NCBI GenBank assembly: GCA_963663995.1
Contig: OY760660.1
Coordinates: 30,001 to 62,000 of the forward strand
DNA: 32,000 nt
Origin: Erysipelotrichaceae bacterium
Lineage (GTDB): Bacteria > Bacillota_I > Bacilli_A > Erysipelotrichales > Erysipelotrichaceae
Direction of reading: 5' to 3'
Shown here: positions 25,709 to 32,000 of the stretch, piece after piece
How the letters are laid out: each line of letters starts with the position of its first letter
Numbering within the stretch: position 1 is the first letter of the stretch
Notes under the pieces: generated by a model
Database searches by the model: none
Seen by the model: only the letters and a program-made list of their open reading frames with translations
What the model was told of the DNA's origin: nothing
Made by a program: the position numbers and the translations under genes

Positions 25709-25852
25709 ATGAAAGCATTTTTTGAAGAGTATGGTTTGGTTATCGTGGTGACTGTTATCGCGACTGGCATGATTTTGTTTTCTGAAGGATTTAAAACAAC
25801 CATGCAATCGACACTTGAAGGACAGTGGGCTAACATGACCACCTTGAGTTAA
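25709..25852 (+). CDS. unlisted 47-aa Flp-family-like pilin
   Basis: Hand translation gives MKAFFEEYGLVIVVTVIATGMILFSEGFKTTMQSTLEGQWANMTTLS. It has an EYGL motif plus a hydrophobic helix as in Flp pilins, and a strong GAAAGGAGGT RBS 8 nt upstream. An in-frame TAA 9 nt upstream fixes the N-terminus. Confidence 0.7.
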   Translation: MKAFFEEYGLVIVVTVIATGMILFSEGFKTTMQSTLEGQWANMTTLS

Positions 25853-26190
25853 TGAAAGGTGCATTTGAGGCAACTTTAGTTTTGTTTTTTGGAATGATGT
25901 TTATTTTGATGGGTATGGATTATGTTGAAGTTCAGCTCATAAACACTCAAGCTCGATCTTTAGCAGAAAATACTTTATCAATCATTGAACATCAAAATAG
26001 ATATGATGCAAGTGTACAAGCGATTATCGACTCAAACTCAATAACGTGTAATAATTGCACCCTACATCTATCACCCCACAATCTTTATCCATCACGATAT
26101 TGGGTGGTTGTTGAATATCCTGTACATTTAGCACATATTAACTTAGAGATGAAATCTGAAATACGCCTTCTTTCACGTCCTTTAGGATAG
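25852..26190 (+). CDS. TadE-like minor pilin / pseudopilin
   Basis: 112 aa beginning MKGAFEATLVLFFGMMFILMGMDYVEV, which resembles the TadE N-terminal domain. The start overlaps the flp stop as TAATG. Confidence 0.55.
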   Translation: MKGAFEATLVLFFGMMFILMGMDYVEVQLINTQARSLAENTLSIIEHQNRYDASVQAIIDSNSITCNNCTLHLSPHNLYPSRYWVVVEYPVHLAHINLEMKSEIRLLSRPLG

Positions 26191-26211
26191 GTAAAAACCT
26201 ATCCTATTTTT
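26184..26211 (+). terminator. terminator of the Tad-like operon
   Basis: AGGATAGG TAAAAA CCTATCCT followed by ATTTTT. Confidence 0.6.
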
Positions 26212-26248
26212 ATGTGATGTTGTAAAATATAACAAGCAGGTGATTGAA

Positions 26249-27028
26249 ATGATATTAACAGTAGATATTGGTAATTCAAATATAGTTTGTGTTCTTTATG
26301 ATAAAGATCAAAATAGACTCTATGACATCCGTTTAGATACTATTAAAAAGGAACATAAGGGTGATTATCCTAAAATCGTTAATCAAATCTTAAAACCAAT
26401 TAAAATAGCTTATGAAATAGATGATTTTATTATGAGTTGTGTTGTTCCTTCAATTACAGAGGATGCCATGAAAGCTTTTCAAGCTGAATTAAATTTAGAT
26501 GGTCATTTGTTAAGTATGGGAATGGTCCCAGAACTCGTAGTTCATTTAGATCAAGCAAATGAGCTTGGAGCTGATTTAATTGCGACAACTTATGGTGCTC
26601 TAAACCACTTTGATCAACCTTGTATTGTGATTGATATGGGTAGTGCTACAAAGATTACTGCTATAAATTCAAAAGGTGAATTTAATAGTGGATTATTGCT
26701 GCCTGGTTTGAAGGTTGCACAAAATGCGATGAATGCATTTATTCCTCATCTTCCTGAAATTCCTTTAGAATTTCCAAAACAATTACTTGGACGAGATACT
26801 ATTGCTTGTATGCAAGCTGGGCTTATGTATTCAACTATTGACTCCATTACTGGTATCTGTCAACGCATTGAAAAAGAGTTTAATCAGGACTGTGTAAAGG
26901 TTTTAACAGGTGGTTTATCTAATGTAATAAAAGATGCATTTCCCGAGTATGAATTTGAACCATTCTTACTCAATGATGGTTTGATAGAACTCTATAATAA
27001 AAAGCTCGCAAACCCCTTTACAAGATAG
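26249..27028 (+). CDS. coaX: type III pantothenate kinase
   Basis: MILTVDIGNSNIV is the typical CoaX N-terminus, and a DMGSATK motif is present. I prefer the ATG at 26249 over the GTG at 26240. Confidence 0.9.
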   Translation: MILTVDIGNSNIVCVLYDKDQNRLYDIRLDTIKKEHKGDYPKIVNQILKPIKIAYEIDDFIMSCVVPSITEDAMKAFQAELNLDGHLLSMGMVPELVVHLDQANELGADLIATTYGALNHFDQPCIVIDMGSATKITAINSKGEFNSGLLLPGLKVAQNAMNAFIPHLPEIPLEFPKQLLGRDTIACMQAGLMYSTIDSITGICQRIEKEFNQDCVKVLTGGLSNVIKDAFPEYEFEPFLLNDGLIELYNKKLANPFTR

Positions 27029-27045
27029 CTCCAATACGCTAATAT
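27017..27045 (+). promoter_or_regulatory. candidate promoter TTTACA-N17-TAATAT for tRNA-His, embedded in the coaX 3' end
   Basis: The hexamers sit at 27017-27022 and 27040-27045. The tRNA starts 30 nt downstream of the -10. Confidence 0.4.
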
Positions 27046-27074
27046 ACTAAGTGCGCCGATGGTGCAAAATAAAT

Positions 27075-27152
27075 GGCGGTTGTGGCGAAGCTGGTTAACG
27101 CATCGGGTTGTGGTTCCGACATTCGCGGGTTCGAGCCCCGTCAATCGCCCCA
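27075..27152 (+). tRNA. tRNA-His (anticodon GTG) with genome-encoded G-1 and 3' CCA
   Basis: I folded the cloverleaf by hand. Acceptor GCGGTTG/CAATCGC with an extra G-1:C73 pair. D-loop with GG. Anticodon stem TCGGG/TCCGA with loop TTGTGGT. Variable loop of 5 nt. T-arm GCGGG-TTCGAGC-CCCGT. Terminal CCA. Confidence 0.93.
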
Positions 27153-27166
27153 TTATTTTCAAACTT

Positions 27167-27192
27167 AGACTATTCAATGAATAGTCTTTTTT
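27167..27192 (+). terminator. terminator after tRNA-His
   Basis: AGACTATTC AAT GAATAGTCT followed by TTTTT. Confidence 0.7.
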
Positions 27193-27280
27193 ATGAATTA
27201 TCCATAAAACAGAGCATTTTAGTTTAAAATAGCTATATTAAAATACTATTAATAATATATTTGATATTAATTTAGACTTC

Positions 27281-27308
27281 TTGACATAAATATACCCTCT
27301 TGTATAAT
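27281..27308 (+). promoter_or_regulatory. near-consensus sigma-70 promoter TTGACA-N16-TATAAT for the bactofilin gene
   Basis: The hexamers sit at 27281-27286 and 27303-27308. Confidence 0.6.
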
Positions 27309-27373
27309 GAAAATTAAGCATAAATTAGTTTATTGGTCTAGAATCAAAATTATAAGAAAAGGGGAATTGAACT

Positions 27374-28228
27374 ATGAAAAAGGTCAAACACCAGTCAAAA
27401 CGTAAAATTGAAGATATTTTGCGTTCAGCTGACGATCATCCAATCACTTTTGATGAAGTTGAAAACGATGAAATTGGAGGTGATTTACAGATAAATGATG
27501 AGATTGAAGATGTCATTAGCGAAGAAGACGTTAAAGAAGAAAAACAAGAAATCATTGAAGATGTAGGCGTTGAAGAAGTCGTTGAAGAACTTGAAGCTGA
27601 ACCAGAAATGGTTGATGTAGTAGAAGTCAAAGATGAAGATGTACTTCTTGAAGAAGAACAAGAAGATACTGAAAAAACTTCTGGATTCTGGGGAATGTTT
27701 AAAAAACAAGTTATAGACGAAGATGTGAATATTGTGAATGAACCTGTCAAAAAGGTCAAAGAGGAGAAAGTAAGTATGAGTTATAATACAAAACAATCAA
27801 GCTATACATCAGATACAACTGCTGTCATTAGCGCGTCAATGGTTATCACGGGTGATATCGAAATAGAAACGAGTTTAGTTATTTCAGGTAAAATCATTGG
27901 TAATGTAAATTGTAAAGATTCATTTGAATCGAAAAATGGTGGTACTGTTGAAGGAAACTTAAGTGCCTTATCTGCTGAGTTTGTTGGTGGAACTGTTAAA
28001 GGAAATGTAACAGTTGATGAAAGAATCGTAATTGATGAAGAAACAGTGATTGAAGGTGATGTTAAAGCTAAAGACTTAGTCATTTCTGGAAAAGTAAATG
28101 GTGAAATCAAAGCTGAAAATACAGTACGCTTAACATCAAGTGCTGTTATTAAAGGTGATTTATACGCAAGCAGTATTAGCATTGAATCAGGTGCTAAGCT
28201 TGACGGACGTTTTGTGGTTCAAGAATAA
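27374..28228 (+). CDS. bactofilin (polymer-forming cytoskeletal protein, DUF583) with a long acidic N-terminal extension
   Basis: Residues about 150-284 form a beta-helix repeat pattern (ITGDIEIETSLVISGKIIGNVNC...VEGNLSA...VKGNVTV...IEGDVKAKDLVISGKVNGEIKAENTVRLTSSAVIKGDLYASSISIESGAKLDG). Residues 1-134 are E/D/V-rich low complexity. Confidence 0.8.
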   Translation: MKKVKHQSKRKIEDILRSADDHPITFDEVENDEIGGDLQINDEIEDVISEEDVKEEKQEIIEDVGVEEVVEELEAEPEMVDVVEVKDEDVLLEEEQEDTEKTSGFWGMFKKQVIDEDVNIVNEPVKKVKEEKVSMSYNTKQSSYTSDTTAVISASMVITGDIEIETSLVISGKIIGNVNCKDSFESKNGGTVEGNLSALSAEFVGGTVKGNVTVDERIVIDEETVIEGDVKAKDLVISGKVNGEIKAENTVRLTSSAVIKGDLYASSISIESGAKLDGRFVVQE

Positions 28229-28265
28229 TATACTTAAATAATATATATTCATACATAAAGAATAT

Positions 28266-28291
28266 AAGTGAGTCAATGACTCACTTTTCTT
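28266..28291 (+). terminator. terminator after the bactofilin gene
   Basis: AAGTGAGTC AAT GACTCACTT followed by TTCTT. Confidence 0.65.
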
Positions 28292-28354
28292 ATGCAATAT
28301 TAAAAAAATATGAAAGAAATGTGAAAAAATTGTGAAAATAGATACTTTTTTTCA

Positions 28355-28382
28355 TTGACTTGTATTTTCAGAAGCATATAAT
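28355..28382 (+). promoter_or_regulatory. promoter TTGACT-N16-TATAAT for the peptide ABC operon
   Basis: The hexamers sit at 28355-28360 and 28377-28382. A GGAGGG RBS precedes the ATG at 28406. Confidence 0.55.
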
Positions 28383-28405
28383 TTTAGTACGGAGGGATTT
28401 TTTTT

Positions 28406-30043
28406 ATGAAGAAACTCAAAGCTTTATTAGTTGTATTAGCAGTAGCTTTGGCACTTGTTGGATGTTCATCATCTGATACACCTGCTGAAGAAACTGCGAT
28501 GGTTTTACGAGTTGCCGCTCCTGGTGATGTTTTAAGTCTAGACTCAAGCATCGCTACTGACGGTTTCTCATTTGAAGTTATTAATGCATTCCAAGAAGGT
28601 TTAGTTCGTTATGATGCCAACGATAACGTCGCTGCGGCAAACGCACTTGACTGGACAGTCTCTGACGATGGAACAGAATATATCTTCAATCTTGATCCAA
28701 ATGCTGTATGGTCAAACGGTGACACTGTTACTGCTAGTGACTATGTATTCGCTTGGAGACGTTTAGCAGATCCTGCAACAGCTGCTGAATATTCAATTAT
28801 GTTGCAAACAGCTCACATTCTTAATGCGACTGAAATTATTTCTGGTGATTTAGGTACAGACCAATTAGGTATTGAAGCAGTTGATGATACTACTTTAAAA
28901 ATTACATTGGATACTTCTGTTCCTTATTTCTTGAAATTAATGACTTTCCCATCATTCTTACCATTAAACGAAGCCTTTGTTACCGAACAAGGCAGCGCTT
29001 ATGCTACTGGACCTGATTCATTATTATCAAATGGTCCATTCGTTTTAACAGAATGGGTACAAGGTAGTTTATTAGTGACTGAAAAGAATGAAACATTTGT
29101 TGGTGCAGCTAATGTTGCGATTGACGGTGTTGAATGGCATGTTATTGCTGAAGCTCAAACTTTATCACTTGAATATGAACAAGGTAACTTAGATGTTGCT
29201 GCTATGACAGGTGACTTAGTTGAAACTTATTTAGGCTCAGAAGATTATTATCAAATCTTAAAAGGTTATGTTTGGTATCTACCATTCAACCAAAACAGTG
29301 ACAATGCAGCAATGACAAACGAAAATTTCCGTTTAGCGATTGCTTGGTCATTTGATCGTGACTTCTTAGTTGATGACAAACTAAATGATGGTTCTGTAAC
29401 TGCTACTGGTTTTGTTCCAATTAAATTAGTTGCTGGTCCTACTGGTAATGATTTCCGTACAGATGCACCTGCTTACTTCGGTTATGATGTTGAAAAAGCG
29501 GCTGCCTATTGGGAAGCTGCTAAAGCTGAACTTGGTACAGACACTGTTGAATTTGATTTATTAGTTGGTGATTCTGGTGATACAGGTCTTGCTCCTGGGG
29601 CTCCTGAATACTTCAAATCTGAAGTTGAAAAGAACTTATCTGGTGTTACTGTAAACATTACAACAACCACTAAAAAAGATCGTTTAGATCGTATGAAAAC
29701 AGGTGACTTCGAAGTTGGTATGACTCGTTGGGGTCCAGACTATGCTGATCCACTTACATACTTATTCGATTTACTCTATGTAGGAAATACATGGAACTTC
29801 TCATCATATGATGATGCTACATACAATGCGTTAATTGAAAGCGCAATGCCTGGTGGCTCATTAGCTACTGATTTAGAAGCTCGTTGGGATGCTCTTATCG
29901 AAGCTGAAGCTGTTGCTTTAGATGCTGCTGTGGTCGTACCTATGTGGCAAACAGGTGGCGCGATGATTATTAAACCAAACGTTTCTGGTATTGAATACCA
30001 TCAAGTTGGTATGACTGATTACCGCAACACTGTTATCGAATAA
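28406..30043 (+). CDS. oppA: peptide ABC transporter substrate-binding lipoprotein (SBP family 5, OppA/DppA-like)
   Basis: 545 aa with a signal peptide and lipobox LALVGCSS. The size and the ...WSNGDTVTASDYVFAWRRL..., ...RWGPDYADP... blocks fit family 5 SBPs. Confidence 0.85.
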   Translation: MKKLKALLVVLAVALALVGCSSSDTPAEETAMVLRVAAPGDVLSLDSSIATDGFSFEVINAFQEGLVRYDANDNVAAANALDWTVSDDGTEYIFNLDPNAVWSNGDTVTASDYVFAWRRLADPATAAEYSIMLQTAHILNATEIISGDLGTDQLGIEAVDDTTLKITLDTSVPYFLKLMTFPSFLPLNEAFVTEQGSAYATGPDSLLSNGPFVLTEWVQGSLLVTEKNETFVGAANVAIDGVEWHVIAEAQTLSLEYEQGNLDVAAMTGDLVETYLGSEDYYQILKGYVWYLPFNQNSDNAAMTNENFRLAIAWSFDRDFLVDDKLNDGSVTATGFVPIKLVAGPTGNDFRTDAPAYFGYDVEKAAAYWEAAKAELGTDTVEFDLLVGDSGDTGLAPGAPEYFKSEVEKNLSGVTVNITTTTKKDRLDRMKTGDFEVGMTRWGPDYADPLTYLFDLLYVGNTWNFSSYDDATYNALIESAMPGGSLATDLEARWDALIEAEAVALDAAVVVPMWQTGGAMIIKPNVSGIEYHQVGMTDYRNTVIE

Positions 30044-30058
30044 TCGATAGTTGATGCG

Positions 30059-30092
30059 ATAGGGACCTGCGAACAGGTCCCTATTTTATTTT
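30059..30092 (+). terminator. intercistronic hairpin / partial terminator between the SBP and permease genes
   Basis: An 11-bp stem ATAGGGACCTG / CAGGTCCCTAT with loop CGAA, followed by TTTTATTTT. Confidence 0.6.
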
Positions 30093-30105
30093 CGAAAGGA
30101 GTCAT

Positions 30106-31041
30106 ATGTTTAAGTACATTAGTAAACGAATTTTCTGGGCTGTTGTGACCTTGGCTATCATCTTGTTTGTATTGTTCCTGCTTTTACAATTTATGCCGGG
30201 AACACCATTTAATGATGAAAAGCTTACTCCTCAACAACTTATCATAATGAATGCTAAATATGGTTTAGATAAACCATTTTGGACACGACTTTGGGTATAT
30301 TATTCAAATGTTGTGACAAAGTTTGATTTTGGGATATCAATGGCCATTCAAAAGAATTGGAATGTAGGTGATATTGTTTTACCTCGCTTAGGGATCTCTG
30401 TACGCATTGGTTTACAAGCAATGGTACTGGGTGTTACCAACGGGATTCTTCTTGGAGTATTATCTGCGTCTAATCGTAATAGTTGGATTGATACTGGCGC
30501 AACTATTTTGGCTATTTTAGGGGTTAGTATTCCATCTTATGTTTTTGCTTTAACTTTGAGTTACTTTTTAGGATTTAAAATTCAAATCTTTGATATTATC
30601 TTTAATCATAAAGATCCAATTGGATCATCGATATTACCTACGATTGCACTTAGTATGTTTATTATGGCGCAAACAACTCGTTTTTTAAGAACTGAATTAA
30701 TTGAAGTATTAGGTTCTGATTATATTAAATTGGTAGAAGCAAAAGGGGTATCGAAGTTTAAAGTTATTTATAAACATGGCTTAAGAAATGCTTTAATTTC
30801 TGTTGTGACTATTTTAGGACCATTGACTGTTAATCTTTTAACGGGTTCATTAGTGGTTGAAAAAGTATATGCTGTTCCTGGTATTGGTAGTATGTTAGTC
30901 AATGGTATTTTAACCAATGATTACAATGTCATTATGATGATTGCTTTTATCTATAGTGCCCTTTATATTGGGATGAATTTGTTTGTTGATATTGCCTATG
31001 GCATCATTGATCCACGAATTCGTGTAGCGAAGGGAGGATAA
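30106..31041 (+). CDS. oppB: peptide ABC transporter permease (OppB/DppB-like)
   Basis: 311 aa with an N-terminus of the ...YISKRIFWAVVTLAIILFVLFLL.. type and a C-terminal DIAYGIIDPRIR motif. Confidence 0.9.
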   Translation: MFKYISKRIFWAVVTLAIILFVLFLLLQFMPGTPFNDEKLTPQQLIIMNAKYGLDKPFWTRLWVYYSNVVTKFDFGISMAIQKNWNVGDIVLPRLGISVRIGLQAMVLGVTNGILLGVLSASNRNSWIDTGATILAILGVSIPSYVFALTLSYFLGFKIQIFDIIFNHKDPIGSSILPTIALSMFIMAQTTRFLRTELIEVLGSDYIKLVEAKGVSKFKVIYKHGLRNALISVVTILGPLTVNLLTGSLVVEKVYAVPGIGSMLVNGILTNDYNVIMMIAFIYSALYIGMNLFVDIAYGIIDPRIRVAKGG

Positions 31042-31042
31042 G

Positions 31043-32000
31043 ATGAGTCTATCAAAAGCACGATTTGAAAAAGTCGAAAATCTTCTTGTTGAAGAACAAG
31101 AAATGTTAAGTACAGATGTGGGTTTCTTTAAAGATGCTTATCACCGTTTTGTAGCAAATAAAGGCGCAGTTATTGGTTTCTATGCGATTAGTATCATTTT
31201 AATCTTAGCTATTTTTGGTCCTTTTATTACCCCACATACTTATAACGAAATTATCACCGATCATATTAACTTACCACCTAGAATTCCTGGTTTAGAAAAC
31301 TTAGGTGTTTTTGATGGAATGTGGCGTGGAGTAGATATGTATGTCAAAAAAGGCTTTGATGATGTTTATTATTGGTTTGGTGCTGATGGTTTAGGTCGTG
31401 ATCTGTGGTCACGTGTTTGGTATGGTACCCGTATTTCTTTTATGGTTGCTTTTGTGGCTGTTATTATTGACGTTTTTATTGGCATAACAGTTGGTTTAGT
31501 ATCTGGCTATTTTGGTGGAAAAGTCGATTTAATCATTCAACGTGTCATTGAAATTATTGCAGGTATACCAAACTTAGTCGTCGTTATTTTATTGATGATT
31601 GTTTTAAAACCAGGTTTGATATCAATTATTTTTGCATTGATGATTACTGGTTGGATATCACAATCTCGTGTTGTTCGATCTCAAGTCTTAAAGATCAAAG
31701 AAATGGAATACATTCTTGCTGCTAAGACTTTAGGGGCAAATCATATGATGATTATTTTACGGGAAATACTTCCAAATATTATTGGTCAAATTATCATCAT
31801 GACAATGTTTTCAATTCCTAATGCGATTTTCTATGAAAGTTTCTTAGCGTTTATTGGTTTAGGATTACAACCACCATTAGCTTCACTAGGTGTGTTAATC
31901 TCGACAGGTTATCAAAGTATGCTCATTTATCCGCACATGGTAATCTTCCCGGTTATCGTACTATCAATTCTAATGTTGAGTTTTAATTTAGTTGCGGATG
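31043..32000 (+). CDS. oppC: peptide ABC transporter permease (OppC/DppC-like), 3' end beyond the window
   Basis: Not in the ORF track because no stop is reached. Hand translation gives MSLSKARFEKVENL...GADGLGRDLWSRVWYGTRISF...EYILAAKTLGANHMMIILREILPN... The ATG is 1 nt after the oppB stop. Confidence 0.88.
   Translation, partial: MSLSKARFEKVENLLVEEQEMLSTDVGFFKDAYHRFVANKGAVIGFYAISIILILAIFGPFITPHTYNEIITDHINLPPRIPGLENLGVFDGMWRGVDMYVKKGFDDVYYWFGADGLGRDLWSRVWYGTRISFMVAFVAVIIDVFIGITVGLVSGYFGGKVDLIIQRVIEIIAGIPNLVVVILLMIVLKPGLISIIFALMITGWISQSRVVRSQVLKIKEMEYILAAKTLGANHMMIILREILPNIIGQIIIMTMFSIPNAIFYESFLAFIGLGLQPPLASLGVLISTGYQSMLIYPHMVIFPVIVLSILMLSFNLVAD

Noticed and set aside
22973-25873. Shadow ORFs in the Tad-like locus at 22973-23173(+), 23325-23618(+), 24957-25142(-), 25609-25842(-) and 25682-25873(-)
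   Set aside because: They are out-of-frame or antisense overlaps of the cpaB-like, cpaF-like, tadC-like and flp genes. The AT-rich sequence yields stop-free stretches by chance. None has an RBS.
26992-27177. 61-aa ORF on the minus strand
   Set aside because: It lies antisense across the tRNA-His gene and its terminator. It has no RBS, and the tRNA fully explains the sequence.
27440-27720. A tandem DNA repeat or CRISPR-like array in the GAA/GAT-rich stretch
   Set aside because: There are no regularly spaced identical repeats. The pattern is codon-level low complexity (Glu/Asp/Val) within an open reading frame continuous with the bactofilin domain.
27436-28182. Three minus-strand ORFs (107, 103 and 126 aa) antisense to the bactofilin gene
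   Set aside because: They are artefacts of the GAA/GAT-rich acidic region and the repetitive beta-helix codons. Their products are low-complexity S/T/F-rich strings with no RBS. The sense-strand bactofilin call is well supported.

Overview
Low-GC chromosomal segment (GC estimated by eye, not computed) from a Bacillota/Mollicutes-like bacterium that uses the standard genetic code, with TGA as a stop. Most of the window is housekeeping: rpe (3' end)-thiN, rpmB, ftsA-ftsZ, GNAT-nadE-AI-2E permease, a type III glutamine synthetase, small Fe-S/redox genes, an S1-domain gene and pgi. Four regions deserve a second look. (1) Two intact IS3-family elements sit head-to-head inside what looks like the shared pgi/apbE terminator hairpin. 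(2) An apbE gene lies divergent from an rnfCDGEAB operon with atypical subunits: RnfD fused to an extra TM helix plus FMN_bind domain, a 97-aa RnfB with no ferredoxin-type domain, and an unlisted 57-aa Cys-rich membrane ORF. (3) A compact, highly divergent 7-gene Tad/Flp-like pilus locus (22196-26190) includes an unlisted 47-aa Flp-like pilin with no leader peptide, and the window holds no prepilin peptidase, TadZ or secretin. (4) A bactofilin carries a 134-aa acidic N-terminal extension. The window ends with coaX, tRNA-His(GUG) and the start of an opp-type peptide ABC operon. I saw no CRISPR array, rRNA or prophage. All functional calls come from reading the translated motifs by eye; no database search was possible.
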